Origin: the human T2T-CHM13v2.0 reference genome, Homo sapiens
DNA: 64,000 bases
Reading direction: 5' to 3' (one strand)
NCBI RefSeq assembly: GCF_009914755.1
Contig: NC_060937.1
The position numbers were made by a program, and so were the translations under genes. The notes below the pieces were generated by a model. The model saw only the letters and a program-made list of their open reading frames with translations, made no database searches and was not told where the DNA came from. This document shows, piece by piece, positions 1 through 13,182 of the stretch. Within the stretch, counting starts at the first letter, position 1. Every line of letters begins with the position of its first letter.

Positions 1-312
1 CCAAAATATGTATTGTATTGTGTACATAAAATATGAAAGTAACCAAACATTTATAATAAACTGTACATAAAATATCAAAGTACTCAAACTTTATATTATA
101 TACTGTACATAAAGTATCAAAGTACCCAAACTGTGTAGTATATACTGTACATAAAATATCAAGGTACCCAAAATGTATATTGTAAACTGTAGATAAAATA
201 TCAAAGTACCCAAAATATATATTATATACTGTACATAAAATATGAAGGCACATCCAATATATATTATATTCTGTACATAAAATATCAAAGTACACCAAAT
301 GTATATTATATA

Positions 313-606
313 CTGTACATAAAATATAAAACTACCCCAAATATATCTTATATACTCTACATAAAATATCAAAGTACCCAAAATATATATTATATACTGT
401 ACATAATATATCAAAGTACCCATAGTATGTATTATATCCTGTACATAAAATATGAAAGTACGTCAAATATATATTCTATTCTGCACATAAAATATCATAT
501 TGCACCAAATATATATTGTATACTGTATATAAAATATGAAGGTACTTCAAATATATATTATATGCTGCACATAAAATATCAAAGTACCCAAAGTATGCAT
601 TATATA
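313..606 (+). repeat. 294-bp (7-monomer) optional block, copy 1
   Basis: Starts CTGTACATAAAATATAAAACTACCCC and contains diagnostic GTACGTCAAA and ATCATATTGCACC. It is absent at the equivalent position near 3620. Confidence 0.88.
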
Positions 607-1130
607 CTGTACATAAAATATCAAAGTACCCAAAGTGTATATTATATACTGTACATAAAATATGAAGGTTCATCAAATATATTTTATATTCTGCACATAA
701 TGTATCAAAGTACAGCAAATATATATTATATACTGTACATAAAATAACAAAGTAACAAAAATATGTATTATATACTGTACATAAAATATGAAAGTAACCA
801 AATATTTATAATAAACTGTATATAAAATATCAAAGTACTCAAACTACATATTATATACAGTATATAAAATATCAAAGTACCCAAACTATATATTATATAC
901 TGTACATACTATATCAAAGTACCCGAATATATAGCATACTGTACATAAAATATCAAATTACCCAAAATATATATTGTATACTGTACATAAAATATGAAGG
1001 TACATCAAAGATATATTATATTCTGTACATAAAATATCAAAGTACACCAAATATATATTATATGCTGTACAGAATATATTAAAGTCGACCAAATGTATAT
1101 TATATACTGTACATAAAATATGAAGGTACA

Positions 1131-4100
1131 TCAAATATATATTATATGCTGCACATAAAATATCAAAGTACCCAAAGTATGTGTTATATACTGTACATAA
1201 AATATCAAAGTACCCAAAGTATATATTATATACTGTACATAAAATATAAAATACCCCAAATATATATTATATGCTGTACATAAAATATCAAAGTACACAA
1301 AATATGCATTATGTACTGTACATAAATTATCAAAGGACCCAAAATATATATTATATAGTGTACATAAAATATCAAAATACCCAAAATATATATTATATAC
1401 TGTACATAAAATACCAAAGTACCCAAAGTATATATTATATACTGTATAAAAAATATCAAAGTAGCCAAAATATGTATTATACACTGTACATAATATATGA
1501 AAGTACCCAAACATTTATAATAAACTGTACATAAAATATCAATGTACTCAAACTATATATTATGTGCGGTACTTAAGATATCAAAGTACCCATACTATAT
1601 AGTATGTACTGTACTTAAAATATCAAAATACCCAAAATATATATTATATACGTTACATAAACTATCAAATACACAAAGTATGTATTACATACTGTACATA
1701 AAATAGCAAAGTTCCCAAAATATGTATTATATACTGTACATAAAATATGAAAGTACCCAACCATTTATAATAAACTCTACATAAAATACCAAAGTACCCA
1801 AACTGTGTATTATATACTGTCCATAAAATATCAAAGGACCCAAAATATATATTGTAAACTCTACATAAAATATCAAAGTAGCCAAAATACATATTGTATA
1901 CTGTACATAAAATATAAAAGTACCCCAAATATATATTATATACTGTACATAAAATATCAAAGTACCCATAATACATATTATATACTGTACATAAAATATC
2001 AAAGGACCCAAAATAAACATTATATACTGTACATAAAATATCCAAATACTCAAAATATATATTACATACTGTACATAAAATATCAAAGTACCCAAATTAT
2101 GTATTATATACTGTACGTAAAATATCAGAGTACCCAAAATATGCATTATATTCTGTACATAAAATATGAAAGTAACAAAACATTTATAATAAACTGTACA
2201 TAAAATATCAAAGTACTCAAACTATATATCATATACTGTACATAAAATATCAAAGTACCCAAACTGTGTATTATTATATACTGTATATAAAATATAAAAG
2301 TACCTGAAATATATACTGTATACTGTACATAAAATATCAAAGTACCCAAAATATATACTATATACTGTACATAAAATATGAAGGTACATCAAATATATAT
2401 TATATCCTGTACATAAAATATCAAAGTACACCTATTATATATTGTGTACTGTACATAATATATTAAATCGCCCAAATATATATTGTATACTGTATATAAA
2501 ATATGAAGGTACTTCAAATATATATTATATGCTGCACATAAAATATCAAAGTACCCAAAGTATGCATTACATACTGTACATAAAATATCAAAGTACACAT
2601 ATTATCTATTATATAATGTACATAAAATATGAAGGTTCATCAAATATATATTATATTCTGTACATAATATATCAAAGTACATCAAATATATATTATATAC
2701 TGTACATAAAATATCAAAGTACCAAAAATATGTATTATATACTGTACATAAAACATGAAAGTAACCAAACATTTATAATAAACTGTACATAAAATATCAA
2801 AGTACTCAATCTACATATTATATACAGTATATAAAATATCAAAGTACACAAACTGTATATTATATACTGTACATAATATATCAAAGTACCCAGAATATAT
2901 AGCATACTGTACATAAAATATCAAAGTACCCAAAATATATATTGTATACTGTACATAAAATATGAAGGTACATCAAAGATATATTATATTCTGTACATAA
3001 AATATCAAACTACACCAAATATATATTATATGCTGTACATAATATATTTAAGTTGCCCATATATACATTATATACTGTACATAAAATATGAACGTACATC
3101 AAATATATAGTATATGCTGCACATAAAATATCAAAGTACCCAAAGTATGTATTATACACTGTACATAAAATATCAAAGTACCAAAAATATATATTACATA
3201 CTGTAAATAAAATATGAAGGTACCTCAAATATATATTATATTCTGTACATAAAATATCAAAGTACACCAAGTATATACTATATACTCTGCATAAAATATT
3301 AAATTACCCAAAATATGTATTGCATTGTGTACATAAAATATGAAAGTAACCAAACATTTATAATAAACTGTACATAAAATATCAAAGTACTCAAACTGTA
3401 TATTATATACTGTACATAAAGTATCAAAGTACCCAAACTGTGTAGTATATACTGTACATAAAATATCAAGGTACCCAAAATATATATTGTAAACTGTAGA
3501 TAAAATATCAAAGTACCCAAAATATATATTATATACTGTACATAAAATATGAAGGCACATCCAATATATATTATATTCTGTACATAAAATATCAAAGTAC
3601 ACCAAATGTATATTATATACTGTACATAAAATATCAAAGTACCCAAAGTGTATATTATATACTGTACATAAACTATGAAGGTTCATCAAATATATTTTAT
3701 ATTCTGCACATAATATATCAAAGTACAGCAAATATATATTATATACTGTACATAAAATATCAAAGTACCCAAAATATGTATTATATACTGTACATAAAAT
3801 ATGAAAGTAACCAAACATTTATAATAAACTGTACATAAAGTATCAAAGTACTCAAACTACATATTATATACAGTATATAAAATGTCAAAGTACCCAAACT
3901 GTATATTATATACTATACATAATATATCAAAGTACCCGAATATATAGCATACTGTACATAAAATATCAAAGTACCCAAAGTGTGTATTATACACTGCACA
4001 TAAAATATGAAGGTACATAAAATATATATTGTATTCTGTACATAAAATATCAAAGTACTCCAAATATATATTATATGCTGTACATAATATATTAAGGTCG

Positions 4101-7100
4101 CCCAAATATATATTATATACTGTACATAAAATATGAAGGTACATCAAATATATATTATATGCTGCACATAAAATATCAAAGTACCCAAAGTATGTGTTAT
4201 ATACTGTACATAAAATATCAAAGTACCCAAAGTATATATTATATACTGTACATAAAATATAAAATACCCCAAATATATATTATATGCTGTACATAAAATA
4301 TCAAAGTACACAAAATATGTATTATATACTGTACATAAAATACCAAAGGACCCAAAATATATATTATATACTGTACATAAAATATCAAAATACCCAAAAT
4401 ATATATTATATACTGTACATAAAATACCAAAGTACCCAAAGTATATATTATATACCGTACAAAAAATATCAAAGTAGCCAAAATATGTATTATACACTGT
4501 ACATAATATATGAAAGTACCCAAACATTTATAATAAACTGTACATAAAATATCAATGTACTCAAACTATATATTATGTGCGGTACATAAGATATCAAAGT
4601 ACCCATACTATATAGTATATACTGTACTTAAAATATCAAAATACCCAAAATATATATTATATACGTTACATAAACTATCAAATACACAAAGTATGTATTA
4701 TATACTGTACATAAAATAGCAAAGTTCCCAAAATATGTATTACATACTATACATAAAATATGAAAGCACCCAACCATTTATAATAAACTCTACATAAAAT
4801 ACCAAAGTACCCAAACTGTGTATTATATACTGTCCATAAAATATCAAAGTACCCAAAATATATATTGTAAACTCTACATAAAATATCAAAGTAGCCAAAA
4901 TACATATTGTATACTATACATAAAATATAAAAGTACCCCAAATATATATTATATACTGTACATAAAATATCAAAGTACCCATAATACATATTATATACTG
5001 TACATAAAATATCAAAGGACCCAAAATAAACATTATATACTGTACATAAAATATCCAAATACTCAAAATATATATTACATACTGTACATAAAATATCAAA
5101 GTACCCAAATTATGTATTATATACTGTACGTAAAATATCAGAGTACCCAAAATATGCGTTATATACTGTACATAAAATATGAAAGTAACAAAACATTTAT
5201 AATAAACTGTACATAAAATATCAAAGTACTCAAACTATATATCATATACTGTACATAAAATATCAAAGTACCCAAACTGTGTATTACTACATACTGTATA
5301 TAAAATATCAAAGTACCTGAAATATATATTTTATACTGTACATAAAATATCAAAGTACCCAAAATATATACTATATACTGTACATAAAATATGAAGGTAC
5401 ATCAAATATATATTATATCCTGTACATAAAATATCAAAGTACTCCTATTATATATTGTGTACTGTACATAATATATTAAATCGCCCAAATATATATTGTA
5501 TACTGTATATAAAATATGAAGGTACTTCAAATATATATTATATGCTGCACATAAAATATCAAAGTACCCAAAGTATGCATTACATACTGTACATAAAATA
5601 TCAAAGTACACAAATTATATATTATATTCTGTACATAAAATATGTAGGTTCATCAAATATATTTTATATTCTGTACATAATATATCAAAGTACATCAAAT
5701 ATATATTATATACGGTACATAAAATATCAAAGTACCCAAAATATGTACTATTTACTGTACATAAAATATGAAAGTAACCAAACATTTATAATAAACTGTA
5801 CATAAAATATCAAAGTACTCAATCTACATATTATATACAGTATATAAAATATCAAAGTACACAAACTGTATATTATATACTGTACATAATATATCAAAGT
5901 ACCCAGAATATATAGCATACTGTACATACAATATCAAAGTACCCAGAATGTATATTGTATACTGTACATAAAATATGAAGGTACATCAAAGATATATTAT
6001 ATTCTGTACATAAAATATCAAAGTACACCAAATATATATTATATGCTGTACATAATATATTAAAGTTGCTCATATATACATTATATACTGTACATAAAAT
6101 ATGAAGGTACATCAAATATATAGTATATGCTGCACATAAAATATCAAAGTACCCAAAGTATGTATTATACACTGTACATAAAATATCAAAGTACCAAAAG
6201 TATATATTACATACTGTAAATAAAATATGAAGGTACCTCAAATATATATTATATTCTGTACATAAAATATCAAAGTACACCAAGTATATACTATATACTC
6301 TGCATAAAATATTAAATTACCCGAAATATGTATTGTATTGTGTACATAAAATATGAAAGTAACCAAACATTTATAATAAACTGTACATAAAATATCAAAG
6401 TACTCAAACTGTATATTATATACTGTACATAAAGTATCAAAGTACCCAAACTGTGTAGTATATACTGTACATAAAATATCAAGGTACCCAAAATATATAT
6501 TGTAAACTGTAGATAAAATATCAAAGTACCAAAAATATATATTATATACTGTACATAAAATATGAAGGCACATCCAATATATATTATATTCTGTACATAA
6601 AATATCAAAGTACACCAAATGTATATTATATACTGTACATAAAATATCAAAGTACCCAAAGTGTATATTATATACTGCACATTAAATATGAAGGTTCATC
6701 AAATATATTTTATATTCTGCACATAATATATCAAAGTACAGCAAATATATATTATATACTGTACATAAAATATCAAAGTACCCAAAATATGTATTATATA
6801 CTGTACATAAAATATGAAAGTAAGCAAATATTTATAATAAACTGTATATAAAATATCAAAGTACTCAAACTACATATTATATACAGTATATAAAATATCA
6901 AAGTACCCAAACTATATATTATATACTGTACATAATATATCAAAGTACCCGAATATATAGCATACTGTACATAAAATATCAAAGTACCCAAAATATATAT
7001 TGTATACTGTACATAAAATATGAAGGTACATCAAAGATATATTATATTCTGTACATAAAATATCAAAGTACACCAAATATGTATTATATGCTGTACAGAA

Positions 7101-10100
7101 TATATTAAAGTCGACCAAATGTATATTATATACTGTACATAAAATATGAAGGTACATCAAATATATATTATATGCTGCACATAAAATATCAAAGTACCCA
7201 AAGTATGTGTTATATACTGTACATAAAATATCAAAGTACCCAAAGTATATATTATATACTGTACATAAAATATAAAATACCCCAAATATATATTATATGC
7301 TGTACATAAAATATCAAAGTACACAAAATATGCATTATGTACTGTACATAAATTATCAAAGGACCCAAAATATATATTATATAGTGTACATAAAATATCA
7401 AAATACCCAAAATATATATTATATACTGTACATAAAATACCAAGGTACCCAAAGTATATATTATATACTGTATAAAAAATATCAAAGTAGCCAAAATATG
7501 TATTATACACTGTACATAATATATGAAAGTACCCAAACATTTATAATAAACTGTACATAAAATATCAATGTACTCAAACTATATATTATGTGCGGTACTT
7601 AAGATATCAAAGTACCCATACTATATAGTATGTACTGTACTTAAAATATCAAAATACCCAAAATATATATTATATACGTTACATAAACTTTCAAATACAC
7701 AAAGTATGTATTACATACTGTACATAAAATAGCAAAGTTCCCAAAATATGTATTATATACTGTACATAAAATATGAAAGTACCCAACCATTTATAATAAA
7801 CTCTACATAAAATACCAAAGTACCCAAACTGTGTATTATATACTCTCCATAAAATATCAAAGTACCCAAAATATATATTGTCAACTGTACATGAAATATC
7901 AAAGTAGCCAAAATATATATAGTATACCGTACATAAAACATAAAAGTACCCCAAATATGTATTATATACTGTACATAAATTATCAAAGTACCGATAATAC
8001 ATATTATATACTGTACATAAAATATCAGAGGACCCAAAATAAACATTATATACTGTACATAAAATCTCCAAATACTCAAAATATATATTACATACTGTAC
8101 ATAAAATATCAAAGTACCCAAATTATGTATTATATACTGTACATAAAATATCAGAGTACCCAAAATATGCATTATATACTGTACATAAAATATGAAAGTA
8201 ACAAAACATTTATAATAAACTGTACATAAAATATCAAAGTACTCAAACTATATATCATATACTGTACATAAAATATCAAAGTACCCAAACTGTGTATTAT
8301 TATATACTGTATATAAAATATCAAAGTACCTGAAATATATACTGTATACTGTACATAAAATATCAAAGTACCCAAAATATATACTATATACTGTACATAA
8401 AATATGAAGGTACATCAAATATATATTATATCCTGTACATAAAATATCAAAGTACACCTATTATATATTGCGTACTGTACATAATATATTAAATCGCCCA
8501 AATATATATTGTATACTGTATATAAAATATGAAGGTACTTCAAATATATATTATATTCTGCACATAAAATATCAAAGTACCCAAAGTATGCATTACATAC
8601 TGTACATAAAATATCAAAGTACACATATTATCTATTATATAATGTACATAAAATATGAAGGTTCATCAAATATATATTATATTCTGTACATAATATATCA
8701 AAGTACATCAAATATATGTTATATACTGTACATAAAATATCAAAGTACCAAAAATATGTATTATATACTGTACATAAAACATGAAAGTAACCAAACATTT
8801 ATAATAAACTGTACATAAAATATCAAAGTACTCAATCTACATATTATATACAGTATATAAAATATCAAAGTACACAAACTGTATATTATATACTGTACAT
8901 AATATATCAAAGTACCCAGAATATATAGCATACTGTACTTAAAATATCAAAGTACCCAAAATATATATTGTATACTGTACATAAAATATGAAGGTACATC
9001 AAAGATATATTATATTCTGTACATAAAATATCAAAGTACACCAAATATATATTATATGCTGTACATAATATATTAAAGTTGCCCATATATACATTATATA
9101 CTGTACATAAAATATGAACGTACATCAAATATATAGTATATGCTGCACATAAAATATCAAAGTACCCAAAGTATGTATTATACACTGTACATAAAATATC
9201 AAAGTACCAAAAGTATATATTACATACTGTAAATAAAATATGAAGGTACCTCAAATATATATTATATTCTGTACATAAAATATCAAAGTACACCAAGTAT
9301 ATACTATATACTCTGCATAAAATATTAAATTACCCAAAATATGTATTGCATTGTGTACATAAAATATGAAAGTAACCAAACATTTATAATAAACTGTACA
9401 TAAAATATCAAAGTACTCAAACTGTATATTATATACTGTACATAAAGTATCAAAGTACCCAAACTGTGTAGTATATACTGTACATAAAATATTAAGGTAC
9501 CCAAAATATATATTGTAAACTGTAGATAAAATATCAAAGTACCCAAAATATATATTATATACTGTACATAAAATATGAAGGCACATCCAATATATACTAT
9601 ATTCTGTACATAAAATATCAAAGTACACCAAATGTATATTATATACTGTACAAAAAATATCAAAGTACCCAAAGTGTATATTATATACTGTACATAAAAT
9701 ATGAAGGTTCATCAAATATATTTTATATTCTGCACATAATATATCAAAGTACAGCAAATATATATTATATACTGTACATAAAATATCAAAGTACCCAAAA
9801 TATGTATTATATACTGTACATAAAATATGAAAGTAACCAAACATTTATAATAAACTGTACATAAAGTATCAAAGTACTCAAACTACATATTATATACAGT
9901 ATATAAAATGTCAAAGTACCCAAACTGTATATTATATACTGTACATAATATATCAAAGTACCCGAATATATAGCATACTGTACATAAAATATCAAGGTAC
10001 CCAAAGTGTGTATTATATACTGCACATAAAATATGAAGGTACATAAAATATATATTGTATTCTCTACATAAAATATCAAAGTACTCCAAATATATATTAT

Positions 10101-13100
10101 ATGCTGTACATAATATATTATAGTCGCCCAAATATATATTATATACTGTACATAAAATATGAAGGTACATCAAATATATATTATATGCTGCACATAAAAT
10201 ATCAAAGTACCCAAAGTATGTGTTATATACTGTACATAAAATATCAAAGTACCCAATGTATATATTATATACTGTACATAAAATATAAAATACCCCAAAT
10301 ATATATTATATGCTGTACATAAAATATCAAAGTACACAAAATATGTATTATATACTGTACATAAAATACCAAAGGACCCAAAATATATATTATATACTGT
10401 ACATATAATATCAAAATACCCAAAATATATATTATATACTGTACATAAAATACCAAAGTACCCAAAGTATATATTATATACCGTACAAAAAATATCAAAG
10501 TAGCCAAAATATGTATTATACACTGTACATAATATATGAAAGTACCCAAACATTTATAATAAACTGTACATAAAATATCAATGTACTCAAACTATATATT
10601 ATGTGCGGTACATAAGATATCAAAGTACCCATACTATATAGTATATACTGTACTTAAAATATCAAAATACCCAAAATATATATTATATACGTTACATAAA
10701 CTATCAAATACACAAAGTATGTATTATGTACTGTACATAAAATAGCAAAGTTCCCAAAATATGTATTACATACTATACATAAAATATGAAAGCACCCAAC
10801 CATTTATAATAAACTCTACATAAAATACCAAAGTACCCAAACTGTGTATTATATACTGTCCATAAAATATCAAAGTACCCAAAATATATATTGTAAACTC
10901 TACATAAAATATCAAAGTAGCCAAAATACATATTGTATACTGTACATAAAATATAAAAGTACCCCAAATATATATTATATACTGTACATAAAATATCAAA
11001 GTACCCATAATACATATTATATACTGTACATAAAATATCAAAGGACCCAAAATAAACATTATATACTGTACATAAAATATCCAAATACTCAAAATATATA
11101 TTACATACTGTACATAAAATATCAAAGTACCCAAATTATGTACTATATACTGTACGTAAAATATCAGAGTACCCAAAATATGCATTATATACTGTACATA
11201 AAATATGAAAGTAACAAAACATTTATAATAAACTGTACATAAAATATCAAAGTACTCAAACTATATATCATATACTGTACATAAAATATCAAAGTACCCA
11301 AACTGTGTATTATTATATACTGTATATAAAATATCAAAGTACCTGAAATATATATTGTATACTGTACATAAAATATCAATGTACCCAAAATATATACTAT
11401 ATACTGTACATAAAATATGAAGGTACATCAAATATATATTATATCCTGTACATAAAATATCAAAGTACTCCTATTATATATTGTGTACTGTACATAATAT
11501 ATTAAATCGCCCAAATATATATCGTATACTGTATATAAAATATGAAGGTACTTCAAATATATATTATATGCTGCACATAAAATATCAAAGTACCCAAAGA
11601 ATGCATTACATACTGTACATAAAATATCAAGGTACACAAATTATATATTATATACTGTACATAAAATATGTAGGTTCATCAAATATATTTTATATTCTGT
11701 ACATAATATATCAAAGTACATCAAATATATATTATATACGGTACATAAAATATCAAAGTACCCAAAATATGTATTATATACTGTACATAAAACATGAAAG
11801 TAACCAAACATTTATAATAAACTGTACATAAAATATCAAAGTACTCAATCTACATATTATATACAGTATATAAAATATCAAAGTACACAAACTGTATATT
11901 ATATACTGTACATAATATATCAAAGTACCCAGAATATATAGCATACTGTACATACAATATCAAAGTACCCAGAATGTATGTTGTATACTGTACATAAAAT
12001 ATGAAGGTACATCAAAGATATATTATATTCTGTACATAAAATATCAAAGTACACCAAATATATATTATATGCTGTACATAATATATTAAAGTTGCCCATG
12101 TATACATTTTATACTGTACATAAAATATGAAGGTACATCAAATATATACTATATGCTGCACATAAAATATCAAAGTATCCAAAGTATGTATTATATACTG
12201 TACATAAAATATCAAAGTACCAAAAGTATATATTACCTACTGTAAATAAAATATGAAGGTACCTCAAATATATATTATATTCTGTACATGAAATATCAAA
12301 GTACACCAAGTATATACTATATACTCTACATAAAATATTAAATTACCCAAAATATGTATTGTATTGTGTACATAAATTATGAAAGTAACCAAACATTTAT
12401 AATAAACTGTACATAAAATATCAAAGTACTCAAACTGTATATTATATACTGTACATAAAGTATCAAAGTACCCAAACTGTGTAGTATATACTGTACATAA
12501 AATATCAAGGTACCCAAAATATATATTGTAAACTGTAGATAAAATATCAAAATACCCAAACTATATATTATATACTGTACATAAAATATGAAGGCACATC
12601 AAATATATATTATATTCTGTACATGAAATATCAAAGTACACCAAATGTATATTATATACTGTACATAAAATATCAAAGTACCCAAAGTGTATATTATATA
12701 CTGTACATAAAATATGAAGGTTCATCAAATATATTTTATATTCTGCACATAATATATCAAAGTACAGCAAATATATATTATATACTGTACATAAAATATC
12801 AAAGTACCCAAAATATGTATTATATACTGTACATAAAATATGAAAGTAACCAAACATTTATAATAAACTGTACATAAAGTAACAAAGTACTCAAACTACA
12901 TATTATATACAGTATATAAAATGTCAAAGTACCCAAACTGTATATTATATACTGTACATAATATATCAAAGTACCCGAATATATAGCATACTGTACATAA
13001 AATATCAAAGTACCCAAAGTGTGTATTATACACTGCACATAAAATATGAAGGTACATAAAATATATATTGTATTCTGTACATAAAATATCAAAGTACTCC

Positions 13101-13182
13101 AAATATATATTATATGCTGTACATAATATATTAAAGTCGCCCAAATATATATTATATACTGTACATAAAATATGAAGGTACA
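1131..13182 (+). repeat. Four consecutive 3013-bp higher-order units (haplotypes A, B, A, B)
   Basis: The same marker ORF recurs at 1131, 4144, 7157, 10170 and 13183, spaced exactly 3013 apart. 3013 = 72 x 42 - 11, accounted for by 39-, 40-, 41- and 45-bp variant monomers. Confidence 0.93.
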
